Positions 25,440-36,672 of a stretch of 64,000 nucleotides of DNA are shown here, piece by piece. The stretch is from Veleropilina oligotropha. Its lineage: Eukaryota. Where the stretch lies: positions 186,001-250,000 of the forward strand of contig JBEUKZ010000066.1 in assembly GCA_048128005.1 (NCBI GenBank), read 5' to 3'. Made by a program: the position numbers and the translations under genes. Numbering within the stretch: the stretch's first letter is position 1; each line of letters starts with the position of its first letter. The notes beneath the pieces were generated by a model that had not been told where the DNA came from, searched no databases, and worked only from the letters and a program-made list of their open reading frames with translations.

Positions 25440-25792
25440 CGTATAGGTTACTAACCGAGTTGGAGGTATTCATCGATTTAAAAGACCTGCGCCCGTGCGG
25501 ATCGTGACACCGAGACCGCGGAGCGGTCGAGGTGTTACCGCACGGAAGCAGGTCTTTCAAATCGATGAATACCGACTAACGAGGTTTGTAACCGACTTAC
25601 ACAACGGCCAATTAGCTCCTTTGTTGTCCATTTATCTTGTGATCAGCTTGAGCCGTCTTGCACGGACGCAGGTCGGTATAGACTGAAAAGTAGGGCGGTA
25701 TGGCTATACCACCCTACTTTTGAATCTTCATTGAATACAAGGTGTTCATGCTGAATACCAACCTCTTTAAAACAAAAGAGCCGTTGTGTAAA
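25440..25792. mobile_element. Double-hairpin MITE-like element
   Basis: Long inverted arms at 25446-25593 plus a second IR ttacacaacggc/gccgttgtgtaa. Confidence 0.55.
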
Positions 25793-25890
25793 TGGAAATA
25801 TGTCACATATTTGGATTATTTGCTTTATGTTTATTCTATATTTGTATTGTGAAATGCAAATATTAAAATTTCAAATCGTCTGACATTCAG

Positions 25891-26031
25891 GCATTCTTCT
25901 AATTCCTCGCCGCCTCTGTCCAGTTCTCTTCGCACACCAATCGATTCAGATAATCCAGAAGACTGGACTCCATACAGAGATCCGGATGCTGCTCTCCGGA
26001 CTGCCCAAAAGAACATGGCAAATGAAGAATG
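25891..26031 (+). CDS. TOGARAM1: TOGARAM1 exon, start of TOG3 (...DWTPYRDPDAALRTAQKNMANEEW)
   Basis: cattcag acceptor, gtgagt donor, phase 2-2; contains the HEAT-repeat A tryptophan. Confidence 0.9.
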
Positions 26032-26435
26032 GTGAGTGGACTATGTTAGTCTCTGTGATGTGTACAGTGAAGATTGACTGAAGTATACCATGTTTGCGGG
26101 GTGAGGCTTTTAGCTGAAGCTTGTCTCGTTTTCAATCTTTTTTCCCCTCTTCCACCAATGAAAATGAAATAAGCTGTTGTGTCACTAGAGTCAAAGCATT
26201 GAGTGTGGGTATTTGAGCTTCTTTCTTGTTATCAATGAGCATTTAGCAGTCAAGGGAAGATGAGGGTCGAAAATAGCTTTTCAAAGATTTCAAAACAAAT
26301 AACTTATTGAATATCATTCATATTTATGGCAGTGAATGCTCTTGGGATTCTGGATGTGTGCCAAATTTCATATACTTATCTCTAATAGTTCTTGAGAACT
26401 GCCGAAAAGATATAAGTGCTTTGTTTTTGTTTCAG

Positions 26436-26541
26436 GGATGTGAAATGTGTGGGCATCAATTCTATGAGGCGACTCGCCATCCACAACTCAGAAGTCATAG
26501 GCCAGCAGCTGCACCCTGTAGTATTATCTGTTATCAATGAG
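26436..26541 (+). CDS. TOGARAM1: TOGARAM1 TOG3 exon (DVKCVGINSMRRLAIHNSEVIGQQLHPVVLSVINE)
   Basis: gtttcag acceptor, GAG|gtatgg donor, phase 2-0. Confidence 0.93.
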
Positions 26542-26670
26542 GTATGGCCAAACTAACTTTAAAATGAATTTATTTCAATAAAGATATACTTCTTAAACAT
26601 ATTTCTTATTACAACCCAGTCAGAAGTTTAATGAGCATTGCTGTTTGCAAAAACATGTCTACCATAGCTA

Positions 26671-27040
26671 ATTGTATCCCCCGAAACGAAAGTGTCGGGG
26701 GATACTATGGTTTAGCATCCGTTACGCCGCATCCTCGTTCGCGTCCGCCGAGAGATTCCTCGTGATCGCTCTAGACAGGCCATTTCTTAATGGAATGTTT
26801 TCATATTTGGTATGTGCATAGGTTGGGGCGCGACACCTATATAATTTGGGTGTGGTCCGACCTCCAATATGGCCGCTGTAGCCTCCATCTAGGATTTTAA
26901 ACATAATTCCTCATTATCGCTCTAGATAGGCCATTTCTTAACGAAATATTTTCAAATTTATAGCATAATTCCTTGTGATCGTTCTAGACAGGTCATTACC
27001 GGGGATACATGTGCGGTCACTCGTGACTGAGCATCTCGTT
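26671..27040 (+). mobile_element. HINE-like element
   Basis: gtatcccccg...cgggggatac 5' hairpin, 3' ggggatacat plus hairpin. Confidence 0.7.
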
Positions 27041-27049
27041 ATAAAGATA

Positions 27050-27647
27050 TTTATGTCCCACAAACGACGTGTAGGGGGGCATATAGGAGTCAACTTGTCT
27101 GTCGGCTGGTCGGTCTGTTGCATATTCCCTTCCGCTCCATATCTCCTATACTATTTGACCGAGGGACACGAAACTTGATGTGTGCACCACGACCTACTTT
27201 TCATGCTTGACTGCGCTTAATCCAAAATTCCCTTCTCCATATCTTCCATACTATTGGACCGAGGGACACGAAATATGATGTATGAATGCGTCATAACCCA
27301 AAGGTGTGTCGCGTACTGAAAGTAGGTCACTGCGACCTACATTTCATGCTTGACCACATTTGGACCAAAATTTCCTTCCGCTCCATATCTCCCATATTAT
27401 TTGACCGAAGCACACGAAACTGAATGTGTGTATGCGTCATAACTGTAAGGTATGTTGCGTACCGAAAGTAGGTCACCACGACCTACTTTTCACATTTGAC
27501 CACATTCAGTCTAAAATTCCCTTCTGCTCCAAATCTCCCATACTATTTGACTGAGGGACTTGAAACTTCATGTATGTATGCAACAGCCTGTTCCTGGGTC
27601 AAACTCTATCGTGGGGGCATGTGATCACTCCTGTGATAGCTCTAGTT
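27050..27647 (+). mobile_element. HINE-like element, same family as 41030-41725
   Basis: Core repeat cccttccgctccatatctcccatactatttgaccgagggacacgaaac; 3' gggggcat...ctagtt. Confidence 0.75.
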
Positions 27648-27652
27648 TAAGT

Positions 27653-29165
27653 TATTATGCCCCCGTCCGACTTTAGTCGGTCTAGGGGGCATCATGCTTT
27701 TGGTATGTCCGTCCGTCCGTCCATCCGTCCGTGACACATTAGATTTCATGGATCTTTATCCATGTTACTGAGAGGCCACTAACCCCCAAACTTGACATAT
27801 TAACAGATATACGATTAAACTGTCATGAGTTTGAATATTGATTGAATATTTTAATTTTTTCAATGTTTTGGTCTCTGAAGTATAAATTACATATAAGAAA
27901 GTCACCTATTATTTTTGCTGATAACAAGTAACCACCGCTGTCAACTTTCTTACACTAACAGATATAAGTTTGAACTATCATGAGTTCGAATATTGAATGA
28001 AAATTTTATTTATTTCATGTTTTATTGGGGTTTTGGACTTAGCCTATGGAGCACAATTTATATACAATAAAGTCACCTATTATTTTTGATGTTGATCTCA
28101 AACCACTTCCTTCAGCTTTTGTATACTAACAGATATATGTTTGATCTATCACGAGTTCAAATATTGAATTAAGTTTTTAATTATTTCCATGTTGTATTGG
28201 GTTTTTGGACATAGCCTATGGAGCACAATTTATTTCCAAGAAAGTCACCTATTATTTTTGCTGTTGATCTCAAACCACTTCCTTCAGCTTTTGTATACTA
28301 ACAGATATAAGTTTGATCTATCATGAGTTCAAATATTGAACGAATGTTTTAAATTATTTCCATGTTTTATTGGGTTTTTGTACATAGCCTATGGAGCACA
28401 ATTTATATACAAGAAATTCACCTATTATTTTTGCTGTTGATCTCAAACCACTTCCTTCAGATTTTGTATACTAACAGATATAAGTTTGATCTATCACGAG
28501 TTCAAATATTGAACGAATTTTTTAATTATTTCCATGTTTTATTGGGTTTTTGGACATAGCCTATGGAGCACAATTTATTTCCAAGAAAGTCACCTATTAT
28601 TTTTGGTGTTGATCTCAAACCACTACCTTCAGCTTTTGTATACTAACAGATATAAGTTTGATCTATCATGAGTTCAAATATTGAACGAATGTTTTTATTC
28701 CATGTTTTATTGGGTGTTTGGACATAGTCTATGGAGCACAATTTATATACAAGAAAGTCACCTATTATTTTTGCTGTTGATCTTAACCCACTTCCGTCAG
28801 CTTTTGTTTACTAACAGATATAAGTTTGAACTGTCATGAGTTCGAATATTGAACAATTTTTTTAATTTATTCCATGTTTTATTGGGTTTTTGGACTTAGC
28901 CTATGGAGCATAATTTATATATAAGGAAGTCACTTATTTTTTGGAAGTTGCTCTCAAACCACTTCCTTCTGCTTTTGTTTGCTAACAGATATAAGTTTGA
29001 ACTGTCATGAGTTCGAATATTGAATGGAAATATTAATTATTGCTTATACATTAATAAGTACAGTTACATTTCTCCCTATTAGTCATGTAGACAACCAATA
29101 TTCATATCACTTGGCAAGCTTATACCGGGGGCATTCCATGTTCCGGGGAACATATATTTCTAGTT
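27653..29165 (+). mobile_element. HINE-like element carrying a satellite array of about 172 bp, roughly 7 units
   Basis: tatggagca recurs at 28045, 28217, 28390, 28562, 28730, 28902; 5' hairpin plus (gtcc)n, 3' ggggcat...tctagtt. Confidence 0.8.
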
Positions 29166-29278
29166 TTTATGAATGAATGATGGAAGACATGAACATAAAG
29201 GGAACTTTTATTGCATAATAGGAAGAAATTATTACAATATAATTCATTGATTGCATTATTTATTTATTCATTTTACAG

Positions 29279-29365
29279 GTAAAAAATCTTCGTTCTCAAG
29301 TGTCCCGTTTGGCTGTGATGTGTTTAGGAGACATGTTTGCCTCATTAAAGAAAAATATGGACTCA
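29279..29365 (+). CDS. TOGARAM1: TOGARAM1 TOG3 exon (VKNLRSQVSRLAVMCLGDMFASLKKNMDS)
   Basis: ttttacag acceptor, gtaagt donor; NLRS motif of CLASP/crescerin TOG domains. Confidence 0.95.
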
Positions 29366-29947
29366 GTAAGTGGCTTGGTGATATTTGAATACTTACGCTT
29401 AGAACATATTTATTGCAATAAATACCTTCATTATTTAACGAATGAATTTTGTAACTACATTATTTTGAACACATAGCCAATGCTTCCAGAGCATCCCTTT
29501 ATCAAGCAGACTTGAATTACAATTTCTGTGACATATAATTTTTACATCATTTTAAAATGTTGTATAATGTCATGGTATATGGTAGGTTGGTTGTACACCG
29601 TTTGACGTCAATGTTAATAGGTGTACCACGTACCGAAAACTACCAGGACGAAGATTCAACAACAAATTTATCTTGATTTTAATTTGAATAAGTATTTGTC
29701 ACTCTATTAAATAACTTACCATGGTTTGTTGTTTATCACATTTTACGATCGCAGCTCGTTGCATTTGTTTAAATTTAATGAACCAGACGGCGTTATTCGA
29801 GGTAGTTCCCTTAGATTGTTTTTACGGAAAGAGGAACCTTCCCAATCTCCTTGGAGACAGGTTACAAGTTATTTGTACTACTCATGTCTAAAATCCATAT
29901 GCAAATCATATCTGTTAATAATTAATAATTGACCATTAATTTTCCAG

Positions 29948-30096
29948 GAGCTTGAAATCACTGCTAAGGTGTTGTTAGCCAAGAATGGCGAGGCCAATGT
30001 GTTTATCCGTGATGAAATATTCAAAGCCTTGGCGTGTATGGTTGATTATGTAACGCAGCAGCGGTGTCTTCTAGCATTGATTTCTGGAGGAGCGTC
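29948..30096 (+). CDS. TOGARAM1: TOGARAM1 TOG3 exon (ELEITAKVLLAKNGEANVFIRDE...LISGGA)
   Basis: tttccag acceptor, gtaagt donor, phase 0-2. Confidence 0.95.
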
Positions 30097-30533
30097 GTAA
30101 GTATTAAAATATTCACACATTGAGCTTACAGGCTGCGCATGGAAAAGTCATTATTTAGTCTTCATTGCACTTCATTTCAATGTTTGCTAGAAAAAGTATA
30201 TATTATCGAATTTCTGTAAAGTTATTGCAAAGGAGCATTTATCATTACAGGTTTTGTGTATTTTTAGGTGGGCACCACCTCAAGAAATGACTCTGACTGC
30301 CCATTCTAGATCAAAATTTGTATCCACCTTATGCAATATGTTGAGATTTTTTCCTCACTAATCAATCTTTATAAGGGAGTATTCACGTTCACAAAAGAGG
30401 GTCTATCACTATTCAATCATAATTTAGATATTATTTGACAAATATATTTTGTGACTAAATACAATTAAAATGTCTAGTAGAATTTATTATTTTAAATAGC
30501 ATGCTTTAAAATGAGTAATGGTGTAAATTTCAG

Positions 30534-30692
30534 ACACAAGAATCAAGCTGTCAGGAAGACGACCGCCATATTTCTATCCGACCTTGTCGACAAGATGGGA
30601 CCGGGCCGGATTCTCAGTGGAATCAAAGACGTGACGGACAGAGTCCTACTAACAATCTCCAAGTTTGTCATTGATGGATCTCCAGAAACTAG
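30534..30692 (+). CDS. TOGARAM1: TOGARAM1 TOG3 exon (HKNQAVRKTTA...DGSPET)
   Basis: atttcag acceptor, AG|gtatgt donor, phase 2-2. Confidence 0.95.
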
Positions 30693-31144
30693 GTATGTAC
30701 CCTTGGTCGTTTACCTTACTTAAACTATAATAATTAATTAATGAAGTTCTTACTATAATAAATGAGTGGTTTAATTGATGAACCACAAACATGCGTGATT
30801 CATATTGGCTTTCCTATTTAATATACAACAATCGGTGTGCAATATAAAGAATTTTATCGGTGCTCAAATATAAAACACCCTAGATTACTCATTAGAAGAC
30901 ACTGCATCATGACATTTGTAATGCACCATTCACTAATAGATGTATTTGATGTGTGACCTTTGAATGAACACAATGTTTATGATGAAGAATATACGTTTCA
31001 TAGATTCGGGTACGATAAAGCAAATTTTGGAAAGCAATGCAACAATATTTAAAAGGTAACTGGGAATATTTACTAATTTTAATTGTGTGGATAATGAATG
31101 CATAAAGAATAGCATGAAGTGTAGCAGCCTGTTTTGCTTTTCAG

Positions 31145-31271
31145 ATACCATGGAAGAAAGATGCTATTTATGCTGATGTTTCATCACGACTTCGACAGAA
31201 TGCTTGCCAAACACTTACCAGCACCCTCGTTGTCCAATGTCAAGGAAATAGTTGAAAATCTTAAAATCAAG
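31145..31271 (+). CDS. TOGARAM1: TOGARAM1 exon, end of TOG3 (YHGRKMLFMLMFHHDFDRML...NLKIK)
   Basis: cttttcag acceptor, AAG|gtaaat donor, phase 2-0. Confidence 0.95.
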
Positions 31272-31514
31272 GTAAATTAATGGAGTTATGCTGTTGTACA
31301 TTTCTTATAATATGAAGCACCATATCATAGTGAAATATGCATGCATACCTGTGATAATCAGGTGGCTGACATCTTCAATTTGAGCATCATTCCACTGTTT
31401 GATGAACACGTTCGTCAGTCTGAAAATTATATTGGTTCAGACTTCTTGTCATAGTCATCTGTAATCATCCATGATGTGTTTGAGTTGGTTTCAAGATGCC
31501 TTCAAAACGGGGGG

Positions 31515-31747
31515 CAGCATGACCAAGTGGATACAGTGCTGGTCTACTAATGGGAGGTCACGGCGGTGCTGGTCTACTGACGAGAGGTCATGGGTTCAAG
31601 TCCCGGGAATGCCGAGGATATTTCTAATGATCGCTTCCTCCATTGCACACAGGACCACATCAATTCATCATTCAAAGTTGACTGACCCGATTTTTAACTG
31701 AAATACTGTTGGCGTAGTCGTTAAACATCAATTAATCATCATCATCA
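31515..31747 (+). mobile_element. Diverged tRNA-derived SINE with a duplicated head segment
   Basis: GGGTTCAAGTCCC B-box, taactgaaatactgtt...cgttaaaca 3' end, (atc)n tail. Confidence 0.55.
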
Positions 31748-31923
31748 CCTTGAAAATGATCTTATAGCTGATGGATAGCCATCCATTCTCAGGTCTTGTC
31801 ATTTCGCACTCAAAACAACATCCAGATATGATAATTCAACAGAGGACAAGTTATTTTCTTATAGATTAAATCTGTAGAAAAATAATTAAGATTATTAATG
31901 ATGACACTCTCAATGGAACATGT

Positions 31924-32254
31924 TATATATCTTCATGTTGATATATTTTAGGGTCTGGGTGATATGCCGAGTATACATTCTCATGTTGGTATATTTTAGG
32001 GTCTGGGTGATATGCCGAGAATATATCCTCATGTTGGTGTATTTTAGGGTTTGGGTGATATGCCGAGAATATATCCTCATGTTGGTGTATTTTAGGGTTT
32101 GGGTGATATGCCGAATATATCCTCATATTTGTATATTTTAGGGTCTGGGTGATATGCTGAGTATATATCCTCATGTTGGTGTATTTTCGGGTCTGGGTTA
32201 TATGCAGAGTATATATCCTCATGTTGGTGTATTTTAGGGTCTGGGTGATATGCC
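31924..32254 (+). repeat. 48-bp minisatellite (7 units) composed of the TOGARAM1 3' splice site plus the first 17 exon bases
   Basis: tttt(a/c)g|ggt(c/t)tgggt(g/t)atatgc with exon-like starts at 31952, 32000, 32048, 32096, 32142, 32190, 32238. Confidence 0.95.
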
Positions 32255-32338
32255 AAGTGAGGCCCCGTCTGCCCGATCAAGACGATCGGGTCAGGGAAGC
32301 AGGTCGGGATCATCCACGCGGGGCGGCTCGGCTGGCAG
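32238..32338 (+). CDS. TOGARAM1: TOGARAM1 TOG3-TOG4 linker exon (GLGDMPSEAPSARSRRSG...GGSAG)
   Basis: Uses the last acceptor of the 48-bp array; CAG|gtaagt donor, phase 0-2. Confidence 0.9.
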
Positions 32339-32862
32339 GTAAGTTATAGGTCACAAAACACCATGCCAATGGTAGACATACACGTGTCTTTTTACCAATG
32401 TATATGCGGTTACACTAAAACTAACTGTAACCTAGATATGGACGCCTTAGGGCAACAATCATGTATCTGTAGTGTTAAAGTATTGCAGTTACAGGATTGT
32501 TGCCGTATAGCATCAAAGAGTGTAGTTAAAGGGTTGTTGCAAAGAACAATTTGTTCACCAACTAATTTCTGGCTTGTTTTCAATTGATATCTAATAGTAT
32601 TTTTTAACCCTTCACGTTCGGCTCCATTTATATATGACCCCATGCCCCTTCCCTGTACGCGGCTCACATACACGTAATTATAGTGTTTCAAACAATTCCG
32701 CGCAGAGGTAAAAAAATGAGCTGCACAAGAAGGATTAAAGTGTAGCCAATTATTGTTACCACAAATATATGACCATGTGACTCACTAAAAATGCTGACAT
32801 CTACCAATTCAAGTAATATGAAATAATAGTTATAGATTGATGTTGAACTATTTTGTTCTTAG

Positions 32863-33058
32863 CAATGGTGAGGGAGTTATGACGCCATCGTCCACTAGGC
32901 GAACTACGGTCCGGACGGACGACCAGATGATGGAGGAAATCAAACTGATGACGTCTCAGATGTCTGCCAACGACTGGCGTGAGCGCCACGCTGGGATCGT
33001 CAAGCTGCAGGAGATGTGCGAGTGTCAGTCAGAAATCGTTGGCGCTAACATTACAAGG
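32863..33058 (+). CDS. TOGARAM1: TOGARAM1 exon, start of TOG4 (...MSANDWRERHAGI...ANITR)
   Basis: ttcttag acceptor, gtatgc donor, phase 2-0; DWRER motif. Confidence 0.95.
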
Positions 33059-33620
33059 GTATGCGTCGCTGCAGAATGTTAACTGCAAACTATATGCCAA
33101 GTTAAAACTGTGTGACACAGCAGCAAAACATCACAAAGTTTTCAGATATAAATTGGGTAATCAACTAAGAATGAATTTGCGCTGTGTGCAATGTAGACGA
33201 CATTTATGGAGAATTCAACTTGTACCCACTCAGTCCACTTAACAGGTCCAGAATGGCTTATTCTAACGGTTAAAACTAATAGTACTTAGTGATGGATTAA
33301 AACCTGTTACCATCATTTTAATGAAGACATTAAACCAAGGTTTCTAACTACAAATATGACTGAAAAAATGCTAACATGTTGTTAAATACTGACAGATTCA
33401 CAAATAATTTATTGATATATTATAATTATGAAGGTATTATAAAAATGTTCTGTTGTTGTTTTTTTGCATCACATTATATGAGTTTATGTTATGACATATT
33501 TACATCATCATGAAAATTGGTGTATTATAAATAATCTATGATTAAGTTACATCTGTTAGTATGTTTTTGAAGTTCTGCTTGAAATAAAAGCAATTTCTTA
33601 ACCTATTTTAATAATTTTAG

Positions 33621-33837
33621 ATTTGTGACAAGTTCCTGACCCGTCTTCAGGATTCTAACAGCAAAGTGAACCTACTAGCGCTGCAAGTGATGTACGAGAT
33701 GACGCCCATCCTGAGCAACTCGCCGATCGGCATCATCAACATGGCCGTGCTAAACCTGGTTCCCAATCTCAACTCCAAAAATAAGGAAATCTACGGCACC
33801 GCCAAAGAGGTTCTTGATAAAATGATCAAAGAACTAG
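33621..33837 (+). CDS. TOGARAM1: TOGARAM1 TOG4 exon (ICDKFLTRLQDSNSKVNLLAL...MIKEL)
   Basis: ttttag acceptor, G|gtaaga donor, phase 0-1. Confidence 0.95.
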
Positions 33838-34227
33838 GTAAGATGTACATTTATATAGACTATGAAATAGTTGTAAATATATTGAATGCTATTAAAAAGG
33901 AATTCACTTCATGATTTATGGAATGATTAATTATTTATTATGAGTATTGTCAGTAATATTCTGTCATTAATCCAATGTTTGTTCTGTTACGCCTGAATAC
34001 ATCAGTATTGAAAATGTGTGGTCACTCATAAGCAAGGATACTTATCAGTCAATGTAGTCCATAACCTGATTATTAAGGTTCTCCTGTCTTTTCACCCCCA
34101 ATAATCTGTCTCAATATCGATGTTTACCATGGCCACCTCAAGTCAAGTTCAATGCAGTATGTATGTAAATTGGTAACGCTTGGTATGAAAATAGTTATTG
34201 TAAACCCTGTTCTTGTTTTTCCTTCTA

Positions 34228-35532
34228 GTTATGTCTCCTCATCCAAAGGATGGGAGAGACATATTGTTTTACACTTCATTCTCCTTCTCCTCCTTCCTCA
34301 GTTTTCTTGTCCGGGCTAGATCTCAGGTCCTATACATGCCAGAATTATTTTCTTTGGTATGTTCAATCGTCCAAGCATGCCATTGTGCTTTTTGGCAGAA
34401 TGTTGCGAAAACGACCTTCGGCCTTGACCTAATGACCTTTGACCTTGAAATGATGTCAAATGTTATCCTTCCAATTTCTTTGTAGATGCACGACCCACAC
34501 GTCAGGCATGTGCAGGACGCTAAAATTTTGCACTTTTGACCTTGGCACTGTGACCTTGGTAGAAAATTTGGGCATTTTTATATTTTGTTTTCTGAAATTT
34601 TTTTCGCAAATTTTTTTCCTCAAGGTGAGTACATTTTATAACAATGTTCAATTTTGTTCAGTCAAAGGTCAAGGTCACAGAGGTCAAAATGTACTTTCCT
34701 AATACACACCTTGTCCAGATTAGATCTCTGGTTCTGTACATGCCAGCATGATTTCCTGTGGTGTGCTAACCCCCCTTAACGTGCCATTGTGCAAGGTGGC
34801 GTAATTTTCTGCAAATGACCGACCTTGCCGTAATGACTTTGACCCCTAAATCATGTCCGGCCTGGTTCTCTGAGATTTCAAATCTTATCCTTCAAATTTC
34901 TTTGTAGATGCATGGCCCACACTTCAAGCATGTGCATAGTGCTTAAATGTTGCACTTTTAACCTTGGCACTGTGACCTTGATGAAAAATTTCCATATTTG
35001 AGGATTTCTATATTTTATTGTTTTCTTAATTTTTTCCCTACCAAATTTTTCCCTATGGGTGAGTGCACTGTATAGCAATGTTCAGTTTTGTTGTTCGGTC
35101 AAAGGTCAAGGTCACAGAGGTAAGAATGTACTTTAAAGAACACAGACTTTGTCCGGCCTACCGTATATCTCAGATCCTATACATGCCAGCATGATTTCCT
35201 TTCATATATTATTCACCCCTTACATGACATTGTGCAAGGTGGTGAAATTTTCCAAAAATGACCTTTCACCTTGCCGTAATGATCTTTAATTTGATCCCCA
35301 CATCGTGTCCGGGCTTGTTCTTCAAGATTTCAAATCGTATCAATCCTTCTGATTTATTTGTAGATGCATGGCTTACACTTCAACCATGTGCAGGACGATA
35401 AAATTTTGTGTTCCCTTATTGATTTTCAATTGGTTGGGACTTTTGGAACTTCATGAGGGTCTGAGTGTGGAATGATTTCTATCAAATGGGGAGACATATG
35501 TTTTTGTTCACACAAAAACAACTCCTCTAGTT
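34228..35532 (+). mobile_element. HINE-like element with a long duplicated internal unit
   Basis: atgtctcc...gagagacat 5' hairpin, ttctcc tract, duplicated tgaccttg-rich core, 3' ggggagacat...ctagtt. Confidence 0.7.
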
Positions 35533-35699
35533 GTATTTAAATGGACAACCGTTTATTCATGATCTGATTTAACCATCTTTGACGTGTTAGATAATGATTT
35601 GTTAACAGTAAGATATTGTAGACGTACTATCATAACAATCATTGTAACGACACCTTTTATTATGTAGTTTTGTTAAACTGGTCTCCTTCAATTTATCAG

Positions 35700-35786
35700 A
35701 TGGCTCATTATTAGTGCAACCCTTTGCCAACCAAGCCCAGAATGCGAACGCCCGCAGCAAGCCAGAGATGGTGGAGAAGGTTGCAG
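35700..35786 (+). CDS. TOGARAM1: TOGARAM1 TOG4 exon (DGSLLVQPFANQAQNANARSKPEMVEKVA)
   Basis: ttatcag acceptor, CAG|gtgaga donor, phase 1-1. Confidence 0.93.
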
Positions 35787-36418
35787 GTGAGAGACACATA
35801 GATATAACCGTCTTAGGGAAATATTTCTCAATTTCTTCATGCTGAAATTTGGATGTGAATTCACAATATTATCACAGTTGCTTTTCAATGTGGTATTAAC
35901 AGCCATTGCCAAAATGAATGTGTTAATGAATTCAAATTGATGAATATACATGAATAAAGCATTATATTTAAATTTAACGCTTTATTTAAATATATATGCA
36001 TAGATGAAATGATGTTATCAGCTGTGTTTGCTTAGCGATGAAGGTGGTGATGTTGGTTGGTAAGTAGAGCTCACAATCTGCTCATGTCCCGCTTGTCAGA
36101 CTGCAGTGCTAGTTCATTATTATGAAGGTGAATGGAATTGAACAGATATTCCTTACATTCCTTTTACAATAATATGGAATTGTCCCAATATGATCCTGCA
36201 TGGTTTAATGGTACACGTAAAATGACATGTTGCCAGTTTATAAGCATTATCTGTGATTAAATATCTGTATTCCTGAACATTAAACAACATATAAATGGTA
36301 CTAATATTTATTTCAACAGTATCCTACAGAAATGCATGCTACCTAGTGAATTTAGATATTATTTCTTGTTTAAATTTCCATATTCTCAAAGTGTGTATAT
36401 ATTTTTGTTTCTTCTCAG

Positions 36419-36672
36419 TTTTGGTGGCAAAGGTGTATCAGAAGAAACAGAAGCAAGTTGTTCTCCATGTGCTGCCCCTACTGTGGCACCTTTTAGGGGC
36501 TGGCACCAGCAGCGGGGCCATACAGGGTGGAAGCGGTAACCTCCGTGCTGCCACAACGACGCTGGTACACGCTCTGTACTCCCAGATGGGGACGGGACTG
36601 TTTGACAAGGCCGGAGCCGATTCCGCTGTCACCCAACGCCACATGCAACAGCTGCAAGATATGATGGAATAG
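36419..36672 (+). CDS. TOGARAM1: TOGARAM1 terminal coding exon (VLVAKVYQKK...HVLPLLWHLL...QLQDMME*)
   Basis: cttctcag acceptor, phase 1, TAG stop at 36670-36672. Confidence 0.95.

Larger units (their letters stand above)
414..36672 (+). other. TOGARAM1: Spliced gene span (5'-partial): TOG array regulator of axonemal microtubules 1 (crescerin/FAM179B), linker plus TOG3 and TOG4
   Basis: Twenty GT-AG exons join in one frame with matching phases (3098 nt). The peptides MLNSLKQIRNSASKKKA, VKNLRSQVSRLAVMCLGDMF, RYHGRKMLF, GLGDMP, RLQDSNSKVNLLAL and LPLLWHLL match my recollection of vertebrate TOGARAM1. No database search was run. Confidence 0.93.

Noticed and set aside
31920..32313. Repeat-protein ORFs (VWVICREYILMLVYFR / AYHPDPKIHQHEDIYS)
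   Set aside because: These are alternative-frame translations of the 48-bp splice-junction minisatellite.
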